Assembly: GCA_963729715.1 (NCBI GenBank)
Contig: CAVSPA010000007.1
Span: 224,001-288,000, forward strand
Origin: an uncultured delta proteobacterium
GTDB taxonomy: Bacteria; Desulfobacterota; Syntrophia; Syntrophales; UBA2185
Length of the DNA stretch: 64,000 nt
Reading direction: 5' to 3'
Below, in pieces: positions 37,657-46,420 of this stretch. A model generated the notes under the pieces. That model was not told where the DNA came from. It saw only the letters and a list, made by a program, of their open reading frames with translations, and did not search any database. Numbering within the stretch: position 1 is the stretch's first letter; each line of letters opens with the position of its first letter. Made by a program: the position numbers and the translations under genes.

Positions 37657-38823
37657 CTATAGCTTTGATCCGAGAATCATAATACCGTTGAATTGATCCA
37701 CGCCGCCCATCGCGTGGGAGAGCGCGAGTTTCGCCCTGGGGACCTGATGATCACCGGCCTTGCCCGTCACCTGCAGGGCCGCTTCTGCAACCCGGATGAG
37801 ACCCGTCGCCCCGATAGGGTTCGTGCATAAAGTACCGCCGGAAGGATCGCAGGAGAGCTCCCCTTTCCTTGTAAAGGTTCCTTTCAGCACCATGTCCGGT
37901 GACTCTCCTGGTTCGCAGAACCCGAAGCATTCGTAGAAAAGCATTTCTTGAAAGGTAAATGGATTGTAGACCTCTGCCACGTCCAGTTCCTTGCGCGGGT
38001 TTTTTATTCCTGCCTGGTCATAGGCCTGCTTTGCCGCCTGAATCGCGCTTTCCCAGACCACCTTGTCACTGTCGCCGAAGAAATACTCTTCACCACGGTA
38101 TCCGACACCTTTGATCCACGCCGGCTTTCGCCCGAGTTTCTTCACCATGTCCCTGGAGGCGAAAATGACCGCGCAGGCGCCATCCGAGTTTGGGCACACA
38201 TCAAGGAGACGCACCGGATAGGTGATGATCCGCGCATTTTTCACATCGTCCATGGTGACCTTCATCTTGATGTGGGCATAAGGATTGTCAAAGGCGTCGT
38301 CATGATGTGTAACCGATATGAAGGCGGCGGCGTCTCGTATTTTCTCTTCCGGTATATTATAGCGGTCCATCCACATCTGTGACTGCATGGAAAAGACGCC
38401 CGGCGCGCCCGATATAAAATACCTCTGATAGAATGGCTCGGCCACCGTCGTCATGGTTGCCTGGCTGTTCCCCTCGTTCATCTTTTCATGACCCACGGCG
38501 AGGACAAGATCGGCCATGCCTGATGCGACCCAGTAGTAGGCCGTATGAGCGATGGAGACACCTGTCGATCCGCATGTCTCCGTTTTCATGATCGGCTTTC
38601 CCGCGGCCTGCATCGCATCGGCAAAATAGAAATGGGTCAGGGCAATCCCCTCCATCATGGAAGGCATGGTGCCCGAAACAACTCCATCTATGTCATTTGG
38701 CGTCAGTCCCGTTTCATTGAACACAGCCACGACGGCTTCTCTCACGAGGTCCGGATAACTGACGTCCATTCTTCTTCCGTGTTTCGTCTGTCCTACACCT
38801 ATTATGGCTACTGGTCGTCCCAT
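37657..38823 (-). CDS. SCP2-type thiolase-family protein (Ltp3-like)
   Basis: AIIGVGQTK, LVREAV, ETCGSTG, CPNSDGACAV, AEVYNPF, NPIGATGL. Confidence 0.85.
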   Translation of the reverse strand: MGRPVAIIGVGQTKHGRRMDVSYPDLVREAVVAVFNETGLTPNDIDGVVSGTMPSMMEGIALTHFYFADAMQAAGKPIMKTETCGSTGVSIAHTAYYWVASGMADLVLAVGHEKMNEGNSQATMTTVAEPFYQRYFISGAPGVFSMQSQMWMDRYNIPEEKIRDAAAFISVTHHDDAFDNPYAHIKMKVTMDDVKNARIITYPVRLLDVCPNSDGACAVIFASRDMVKKLGRKPAWIKGVGYRGEEYFFGDSDKVVWESAIQAAKQAYDQAGIKNPRKELDVAEVYNPFTFQEMLFYECFGFCEPGESPDMVLKGTFTRKGELSCDPSGGTLCTNPIGATGLIRVAEAALQVTGKAGDHQVPRAKLALSHAMGGVDQFNGIMILGSKL

Positions 38824-38835
38824 ATGCTCCACCCC

Positions 38836-39978
38836 CTATCTGCCCAAAATGGCCACGGCGTGACACTGGCCGGAATAGCCGTGAGTACCGTGCGCTAAGG
38901 CCGTCTTTACAGTCTTGGGAACCTGCCTCTCTCCGGCCTCGCCTCTGATTTGCAGAACAGCCTCCACGGCGCGCTGGAGCCCTCTCGACACATAGGGATT
39001 ATTGGCCAGGACGCCGCCGGAGGGATTGACGGGAATCTGCCCGTTCATCTCCGTGAAGCCGCTGTCCATCAGACGACCGCCCTCTCCTTCTTTGCAAAAT
39101 CCCAATCCTTCGTACCACAGCAGTTCCTGGAAGGCGTAAGGCTCCGTGATTTCCGCCACGTCGATCTTTTTCTCCGGATCGGTAATCCCGGCCATCCTGT
39201 AGGCCCTGTCTGCGGCATTCTTCAATTGCCCGTTCAAGAGGTCGCGGTCACCGACATAATAATTATCGAGAGAGCTTCCGAAACCCTTAAGCCATACGGG
39301 TTTGTCAGCTATTTCTTTTGCCTTTTTCGCCGAGGCGAGAATGAGCGCTACCATTCCCTCGGATTTCGGCGCTATCTGAAGAGCGGTCAGAGGATCGATC
39401 AGCCTTTCCGATCCCAGAATGTCATCGACCGTATAGCGCCCCTTCTTATGCGCGTATGGGTTTCTCAGGCCGTTTCCGAGATTCTTTACAGCCACCTTGG
39501 CGCACTGCTCTTCTGTGATGCCGTATCGTTCCATGTACAGCCTCATCTGCAAGGCCGCCGCCATCGTCTCCGTCAGTCCGACGCCTCTTTGATAGAAGGG
39601 ATCAGCATACATGAGCGTGCATGTATCGTTGGGAGGGTTTTCGGATCCCTTGCAGAGGCCGATGACCAGGGCCGTATCATAATGCCCGGTCATAATCCGC
39701 ATCGCGCCGTAAAACAGGGCGAAAAGGGATTCTCCGTCTTGACGTGAGGCGTTCTTCAGGAAGGCGCCCGTTGTTTCCCAATAGTAAGAATTGGCGCAGG
39801 AGATGCCCCCGTGGAAGACGTCGGATGACGCACTGACGACAGTGCCGATCTCGTCCCTCGTCATTCCCGCCTTATCCAAGACCTCCTTCGTGACCGCGTA
39901 GGCCTGGTCATAGAAGTTGTCTTTTGATTCGGCTCCGGCATTCTGCGCAACCGCTACAATAGCAACCTGTTTCGCCAT
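38836..39978 (-). CDS. thiolase-fold protein lacking the nucleophilic Cys (Ltp4-like)
   Basis: SASSDVF, RQDGESLFAL in place of the Cys motif, DTALVIG..K, VNPSGG. Confidence 0.8.
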   Translation of the reverse strand: MAKQVAIVAVAQNAGAESKDNFYDQAYAVTKEVLDKAGMTRDEIGTVVSASSDVFHGGISCANSYYWETTGAFLKNASRQDGESLFALFYGAMRIMTGHYDTALVIGLCKGSENPPNDTCTLMYADPFYQRGVGLTETMAAALQMRLYMERYGITEEQCAKVAVKNLGNGLRNPYAHKKGRYTVDDILGSERLIDPLTALQIAPKSEGMVALILASAKKAKEIADKPVWLKGFGSSLDNYYVGDRDLLNGQLKNAADRAYRMAGITDPEKKIDVAEITEPYAFQELLWYEGLGFCKEGEGGRLMDSGFTEMNGQIPVNPSGGVLANNPYVSRGLQRAVEAVLQIRGEAGERQVPKTVKTALAHGTHGYSGQCHAVAILGR

Positions 39979-40002
39979 ACCTTCATGTCCTTTCTCTCTA
40001 TT

Positions 40003-40455
40003 TTATGATTTTCTTCCCACCAAGATCTTGGTGGTGTAAACAATAACATCTTCGTTGCGTTGATTCTTGATGATGTTTTCCGCCTCGACGATCCCCCTCT
40101 CTGCATCTTTCTCCGTGAGACTTTTTATCTTCACTTCGCAATGAATGGTATCGCCGATCTTCACGGGCCCTGTAAAGCGTACGTTCTCCATGCCGTAAAA
40201 TGCAATAAAGCTCTTCGCCAGAACCACATAAGGCCCCAGGCGGAAAGGCAAGGCCATGCCGACAACGAGCCCCAACATACCGTGGGCGATCCTCTCCTTG
40301 AAGGGCGTCTTTGCCGCGTATTCCACATCGGTGTGCAGGGGATGCCAGTCTCCGGTGAAGGCGGAAAACATGACGATGTCCGTTTCCGTGATCGTCCTTC
40401 CCGGTGATACAAATACCTCACCTACTCTGTAGTCCTCAAAATAATTTTTTTCCAC
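40003..40455 (-). CDS. MaoC-family (R)-enoyl-CoA hydratase
   Basis: RTITETD, FSAFTGDWHPLH, RIAHG, FTGPVKIGDT; GTG start after GGAGG. Confidence 0.88.
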   Translation of the reverse strand: MEKNYFEDYRVGEVFVSPGRTITETDIVMFSAFTGDWHPLHTDVEYAAKTPFKERIAHGMLGLVVGMALPFRLGPYVVLAKSFIAFYGMENVRFTGPVKIGDTIHCEVKIKSLTEKDAERGIVEAENIIKNQRNEDVIVYTTKILVGRKS

Positions 40456-40499
40456 GGACGCACCTCCCTGTTCCCTTCTTGAAACTAAAACAGCCGGTC

Positions 40500-41660
40500 T
40501 CACATGCCTAAAATTTCCCGCGCCACAATCAGCCTTCTGATCTCGGATGTTCCCGCCCCGATGGTCCCGAGCTTTGCATCACGCCAGAACCGCTGCACCG
40601 GATACTCTAGGCAATACCCGTATCCTCCATGAATCTGAACGGCCTCCTCGCAGACCCGGCAGGCCATCTCGGCCGTGTACAAAATAGCGGCAGCGGAAAT
40701 CTGATGGACTTCCGTCCCCTTTCCACCCTTCTTTACCGAATCGGCGAGAATCGCCGCTTTGTAACAGAGCAGGCGCGCGGCCTCGATCCCCGTATACATA
40801 TCCGCGAGCTTCTGCTGTATCATCTGAAACGACGCAATCGGTTTCCCGAACTGCACCCTTTCCTTTGCGTATTTAATCGATTCCGCAAAGGCGGCCTCCG
40901 CAATGCCCAAGGCATAGGTGCCGAAAAATGCCCGCTCCACATCCAATCCCCCCATCATCACTGCAATGCCCTTATTCTCCTGGCCGATGATATTTTCCGC
41001 AGGAATGATGCAATCCTGAAATATTAGCTCGCCTGTGGCCGATCCCCGATTGCCGACCTTGTTCAATTTCTTGGAGACGGAAAATCCGGGAAATTTCGTA
41101 TCCAGGATAAATGCCGTGATCCCCTTGGCGCCGGATCCTTTATCGGTCTTCGTATAGAGCACGATGGTATCAGCGATGGGTCCATTGGTGATAAACATCT
41201 TGGTTCCATTCACTACGTAATGATCCCCGTTTCGTCGCGCCGTCGTCTGAATATTCACCGCATCGGAACCGGCATTGGGCTCCGTCAGTCCCAGAGCGCC
41301 GATGCGCTGACCCGTACAAAGAGGAGGTAGGTACTTTCTCTTTTGTTCGTCGCTGGCATGGTTGTTCAGGTTATTGCAGCACAGGTTCGCATGGGCGCCC
41401 CAGGACAGAGCGACTGCAGCGGAGACCTTCGCCAATTCTTCACAGGCCAAAGCGGCCGATAAGATATCGGCGCCAGCCCCTCCATAGAGAGGGTCTACCG
41501 TAATTCCCATAATCCCCAAATCACCGAGCTTCAGCCATAGCCCTTCCGGCCAGTGGTCATCACGGTCGATCTCTTCGGCAATGGGTTTCAACTCCTTCTC
41601 CGCAAAATTGGCAATGCTGTCCCTCAACATCCGATGCTCATCACTGAGATCAAAATTCAT
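40500..41660 (-). CDS. acyl-CoA dehydrogenase (isovaleryl-CoA DH-like)
   Basis: SWGAHANLC, LTEPNAGSD, GLDVER, QIHGGYGY, IGAGTSEI. Confidence 0.9.
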   Translation of the reverse strand: MNFDLSDEHRMLRDSIANFAEKELKPIAEEIDRDDHWPEGLWLKLGDLGIMGITVDPLYGGAGADILSAALACEELAKVSAAVALSWGAHANLCCNNLNNHASDEQKRKYLPPLCTGQRIGALGLTEPNAGSDAVNIQTTARRNGDHYVVNGTKMFITNGPIADTIVLYTKTDKGSGAKGITAFILDTKFPGFSVSKKLNKVGNRGSATGELIFQDCIIPAENIIGQENKGIAVMMGGLDVERAFFGTYALGIAEAAFAESIKYAKERVQFGKPIASFQMIQQKLADMYTGIEAARLLCYKAAILADSVKKGGKGTEVHQISAAAILYTAEMACRVCEEAVQIHGGYGYCLEYPVQRFWRDAKLGTIGAGTSEIRRLIVAREILGM

Positions 41661-41969
41661 CCTCATCCTCCCATTTTTATGATTAAAGATTAAGTACCGG
41701 CAAAAAAATTATCTTCAGGCATTTCACAGAATCGAGGCAAGTAACGCGCTCACAAGCTGCACCGTACCCGGATTGATATCCAACGCTTTGATATTCGCGA
41801 TTTTTATGGCCATAACGAAGGCGACTGGCTTTCTTATTTGGAAGTTCCTGATAATTAGACGCCACGGTTTGACTTTCAAAACAAACTGAAGTATAAGTCT
41901 CAGGCGATGTGTTAAGGGTTGTTAACGAGCAATTATCCCGCATCGAGACGAGATATTAAGAATCGGATG

Positions 41970-41988
41970 GTAAGTAACGTTTACTTAC
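41970..41988. promoter_or_regulatory. palindromic operator candidate in the divergent promoter region
   Basis: GTAAGTAA-CGT-TTACTTAC adjoining TTGACG. Confidence 0.55.
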
Positions 41989-42610
41989 TTGACGTTTCTT
42001 GATAGTACATACGCGGCAAATTGTCAAGTCGTTTCTGAAATAATTTGCTTCCATTATGCCTTGCTTATCGCAAGATGAGGACGCGGTCGGCACAGGATAC
42101 ACCTCTATTAAAAAGAGGGGCCTTCTCGCCAGAAGTATGAGCGTGCTTATGATCATTGTCGGATGCCTCCCCATGGAGGCGGCCTGTTCAAAGAAGAATG
42201 AGGGCACCGTCGAGATGTCGAGGAAGCTTACATCCCTAGTATTTGCCAAACAGTGATAATGGTTCTCTCGTGAATGCCGGGGAATGTCTCCCGGCGGGTA
42301 AAGCAGTAGCGAACCCGGATAATATCCTTTGGTCCGCCTTAATTGAGGGGAATAATCAGAAAATCGCTTTTACCGTCCGACTTCATGACCGTCCCTTGGA
42401 ATTTATGAAACCTCAAATCATCGGGGAAAAAAATATACCATCCCGCAGGCTGTGTCAAATCCTAATTCCTGCCGTTGCAGGAAAAAATTCAATCCCACCT
42501 CTACATGGCCAATTGTATAGGACACCTGCCCCGGTGCACTCCGCGCACGCAAGCGGGTGTGAAAACGAACTCTTAACAAGTGCATCACATCTGACGAAAG
42601 GAGAAGCCAC

Positions 42611-43876
42611 ATGCTTCAGGACGTATTCTTAACCAAGGAAGAGATGGCCTTGAAACAAGAGGTCAGGGACTTCGTCAAAAATAACGTATCGCCGGATCTT
42701 CTCAAGAAGATGGACCGCGACGAGATTCGCTATCCCCGCGAGTACGTGAAAGATTTGGGCAATAGAAATCTCCTCGGTTTGAGATTTCCCAAGAAGTACG
42801 GTGGCCGAGGTATGTCCTGGACTGGCGAAATAGCTGCCCTCGAGGAAATCGGCGTTCTGGGCACCGCCCTCGGTTGCGCCTTCGCCATGCCCTCGATCGT
42901 GGGCGAAGCCTTGAATGTCTACGGCACGGAGGAACAGAAAGAAAAGTTTCTCAAGCCGATGCTGAAGGGAGATCTGGTATCCGCCGAGGCCCTGACGGAG
43001 CCCCGCGGCGGGTCAGACTTTTTTGGCGCCACGACACGCGCGGAATTGAAGGATGGATATTTTACCATCAAGGGACAGAAGCGTTTCGTTGTTGCCGCGG
43101 ACGGCGCCGACTTTTTTATCGTCTACTGCAACACCAACCCGCAGGGCAAGCCTCATGAGAGGATCAGCCTTATTCTTATTGAAAAAGATCGGGAGGGGGT
43201 GGAGGCGAAATACCTTTATAAGCTCCTGGGTACGAGGGGCGGCGGAACAGGACGCCTCATTTTCAAGGATGTCAACGTCCCCGCTTCCAACCTGATCGGC
43301 GGGCTCAACGAAGGTGCAAACATCTTCAACACGATGATGGTCCCCGAACGAATGACCTCGGCCGGCGCCTCGCTCGGAATGGGACGCGGCGCTCTCGAAG
43401 TTGCCGTGAGATACAGCGACCGCAGGAAGGCCTTCGGCCAGAAGATCAGAAACTTTCAGGGCGTGAGTTTCAAAGTCGCCGATGCCATTACGCAGCTGGA
43501 CGCGGCCCGCGCCCTCACTATCGCGGCGGCGAAGAGTGTCGATGCCGGCATGTCCACCGCTCGGAGGATGGTGAGTGAAGCAAAAAAATGCGCCACCGAT
43601 ACGGCCTGGAATGTTTGCAACCTGGCGATGCAGATCGTCGGGGGGATCAGCTACACGAGCGTATTCCCCATCGAGAAGATGGTGCGTGACGCCCGTCTTA
43701 TCCAGATATGGACGGGAACAAACGACATCATGAACCTTCTCATCCAGCATGAGTTCTATCGGGAGATCCTTAAGGACGCCAATCCCGGCCGTATGATCGA
43801 GATCGACGCAGAAGACGCCGACAAGAACGATGAGAAGGTATACGAAGACGATGAAATGTGGATTAAGGGCTGGTAA
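42611..43876 (+). CDS. acyl-CoA dehydrogenase
   Basis: LTEPRGGSD, GQKRFV, MVPER, QIVGGISY, IWTGTNDI. Confidence 0.9.
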   Translation: MLQDVFLTKEEMALKQEVRDFVKNNVSPDLLKKMDRDEIRYPREYVKDLGNRNLLGLRFPKKYGGRGMSWTGEIAALEEIGVLGTALGCAFAMPSIVGEALNVYGTEEQKEKFLKPMLKGDLVSAEALTEPRGGSDFFGATTRAELKDGYFTIKGQKRFVVAADGADFFIVYCNTNPQGKPHERISLILIEKDREGVEAKYLYKLLGTRGGGTGRLIFKDVNVPASNLIGGLNEGANIFNTMMVPERMTSAGASLGMGRGALEVAVRYSDRRKAFGQKIRNFQGVSFKVADAITQLDAARALTIAAAKSVDAGMSTARRMVSEAKKCATDTAWNVCNLAMQIVGGISYTSVFPIEKMVRDARLIQIWTGTNDIMNLLIQHEFYREILKDANPGRMIEIDAEDADKNDEKVYEDDEMWIKGW

Positions 43877-43916
43877 TACATGGACGCCTGTCCGGAGTTT
43901 GGGGAGTTATTAAACG

Positions 43917-45383
43917 ATGATGAATGGGAAAGAGTACCTGAAAACATTAAAAGCGATGAAGACCATCCTCTATATTGACGGCGAGGCGGTTTCCGATTTT
44001 GCCTCGCATCCGGTCATGAAACCGGCGGTGAATGCCCTTAAGGCAACCTATGACCTTGCCAGCGATCCGCAGCTAAATCCGGAACTGCACCGGATGATGG
44101 TAACCGAAAGCGATCTCACAAGCGGAAAGATCAGCCGCTTTCTTACGATCGTCAAGTCGCAGGATAACCTTATGAGCCGGATGAAACTGCAGCGCACCAT
44201 GATGCGCCACACAGGCGGCTGCTTCGGCGGACGCTGCGTAGCCGGCGCCGTCATCAATGCGCTCTGGTCGGTGACGCACGATGTGGATAAAGTAAGCAAA
44301 GGACAGACGAACTATCATGAGCGATTCAAAAAATACATGACCATGTGCCAGGAGAAAGACCTGGCGGTCTCCGGCAACATCACGGACGCCAAGGGGGACC
44401 GATCGCTCCCACCGCACCGTCAGGCGGATCCGGATCTTTATGTCAGGATCGTGGAGCGCACCCCGGACGGCATCGTCGTCAACGGAGCGAAGCTTCAGCA
44501 GTCAGGAGCGCCCATTGCCCATGAACGGCTGGTGGTGCCGACGACGGCCCTTGGCCCTAACGATGAGGCTTACGCCGTAGCCTTTGCGGTACCGGGAGAC
44601 GCTAAAGGCGTCATCCATGTGAACGATTCCGCGTGTTCCAACGCAAAATTCATGGCCATGGAGACTGAAGATATCGGCAATGCGACATTCGGCATGCACC
44701 AGAGCGCCCACATCCTTTTTGATAACGTCTTTGTCCCCTGGGAGCGGGTTTTCCTCTGTGGTGAATGGAAGGCGACTGCGAGCCTTGTTCATCGCTTCTC
44801 CGATTTTCAGCGTTTCGCCTCCTCTGCCTGCCGGTGCGGCTACATCGACCTTTCCATCGGAGCAGGAGCGGCGATAGCCGATTACAACGGCGTTGCCGAC
44901 AAGGCGCATGTCCAAGACAAACTCATCAACATGAGCGTAGATGCGGAAACCCTCTACGGCCTTGTGGCAGGCTCGGCCGCTTTGGGCACGGCTACTGACT
45001 CCGGCGTGATGCTGCCCGAGACCCTCTCCATTAATGCGGCAAAAATATATATGAACGGCGCCATACTGCGGGCCGGACAAACGCTCGCCGATATCGGCGG
45101 CGGCATCCTGATTACGAGACCCAGCAGCCGGGATCTCAAGATACCGAAGGTGGGCGAGCTCCTGGCCAAATACCATAAAGGGAGGGAAGGCGTGGATGTC
45201 CATGACCGTCTGAAGATGGCGCGGCTGTGCGAGTCTTTGTCGGGACTCTCGGCGCCCACGACCATCCTTTCCGTCATTGCGGCCGGGCCTCCGGCAACGC
45301 AGCGATTGAATTTTCGCCTGATGACGGATTTCAAACGCGATAGAAAAGCGGCAGAAAGATTGGCGGGAATCTCGTCCAGTTAA
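43917..45383 (+). CDS. 4-hydroxybutyryl-CoA dehydratase / HpaB-family protein (divergent)
   Basis: GGCFGGRC, ITDAKGDRS, DPDLYVRIVE, GIVVNGAK, FDNVFVPWERVF. Confidence 0.85.
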   Translation: MMNGKEYLKTLKAMKTILYIDGEAVSDFASHPVMKPAVNALKATYDLASDPQLNPELHRMMVTESDLTSGKISRFLTIVKSQDNLMSRMKLQRTMMRHTGGCFGGRCVAGAVINALWSVTHDVDKVSKGQTNYHERFKKYMTMCQEKDLAVSGNITDAKGDRSLPPHRQADPDLYVRIVERTPDGIVVNGAKLQQSGAPIAHERLVVPTTALGPNDEAYAVAFAVPGDAKGVIHVNDSACSNAKFMAMETEDIGNATFGMHQSAHILFDNVFVPWERVFLCGEWKATASLVHRFSDFQRFASSACRCGYIDLSIGAGAAIADYNGVADKAHVQDKLINMSVDAETLYGLVAGSAALGTATDSGVMLPETLSINAAKIYMNGAILRAGQTLADIGGGILITRPSSRDLKIPKVGELLAKYHKGREGVDVHDRLKMARLCESLSGLSAPTTILSVIAAGPPATQRLNFRLMTDFKRDRKAAERLAGISSS

Positions 45384-45413
45384 AATTAAAATTTGAAAAA
45401 GGAGCTGATAGAG

Positions 45414-46337
45414 ATGAAAGAGAAAGCTGTTATCACCGCGGCCATTACCGGAAGTATTCACACCCCGACGATGTCGGAATATTTGCCCATCACGCCGCAG
45501 CAGATCGCGGACGAGGCCGTGCGGGCCTATGAGGCAGGCGCTGCCGTGTGCCATGTCCACGCGCGTAACCCGGAGACAGGCATGCCCGTCCCGGATCTCG
45601 AGCTGATGAAACAGATTATCACGAATATAAAGAGCCGGTGCAACATCATCGTCTGCATCACGACAGGCGGAGGAATGGGCATGACTGTCGAACAGCGTGT
45701 AGCGCCCGTTACCTTGTATAAACCTGAACTGGCATCTTTCAATGCAGGGTCCATTAATTTCGCCCTATTCCATGCGATCCCGAGGTTCAAGGAATTTAAA
45801 TTCCCCTGGGAGAAGCAGTATCTGGGCATGTCCGAAGACTTCATCTTTCCGAACACCTTCAAGTCCATGAAGGAATACTGCGCAATTTTCGCCGAGCACG
45901 GAACGAAACCGGAATTCGAGATATACGACTCCGGCATGGTAAACAACGTCGCCTTCATGATCCAGGCGGGATATGTCAAGAAGCCCGTCTACATCCAGTT
46001 CGTCATGGGCGTCCTCGGGGGCATAACGCCGAGTTCGGAAAATCTCATGTTCCTTGTGGATTATGCGAAAAAGCAGATCGGCGATTTTGAATTTTCCGTC
46101 TGCGTGGCCGGCCGCGCGCAATTTCCCATCTGCACCCAGTCCCTGCTTATAGGGGGAAATTGCCGTGTGGGACTGGAAGACAACCTCTACTTGGACCGCG
46201 GCAAGATGGCAAAGAGCAACGCCGAACAGGTTGCGAAGATGGTACGTATGGCGCGAGAGCTTGGCATTGATCCGGCAACACCGGATGAGGCCCGCCAGAT
46301 CCTCGGCCTCAAGGGAATGGACAAGGTCAATTATTAG
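45414..46337 (+). CDS. beta-keto acid cleavage enzyme (BKACE/Kce), copy 2
   Basis: Same length (924 bp) as and colinear with 336-1259. Confidence 0.92.
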   Translation: MKEKAVITAAITGSIHTPTMSEYLPITPQQIADEAVRAYEAGAAVCHVHARNPETGMPVPDLELMKQIITNIKSRCNIIVCITTGGGMGMTVEQRVAPVTLYKPELASFNAGSINFALFHAIPRFKEFKFPWEKQYLGMSEDFIFPNTFKSMKEYCAIFAEHGTKPEFEIYDSGMVNNVAFMIQAGYVKKPVYIQFVMGVLGGITPSSENLMFLVDYAKKQIGDFEFSVCVAGRAQFPICTQSLLIGGNCRVGLEDNLYLDRGKMAKSNAEQVAKMVRMARELGIDPATPDEARQILGLKGMDKVNY

Positions 46338-46355
46338 GCATTATGTGCCTTCTAA

Positions 46356-46378
46356 GTAGTGCAGGACTTCAGTCCTGC
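46356..46378 (+). repeat. REP-like palindrome
   Basis: GTAG-T-GCAGGACT-TC-AGTCCTGC. Confidence 0.5.
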
Positions 46379-46420
46379 TTGTAATGCGCATCCCATATCT
46401 AAGGAAGAGGATCTTTTGTA

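Noticed and set aside
44502..45560. 352-aa - strand ORF
   Set aside because: Antisense shadow of the AbfD-like and BKACE genes
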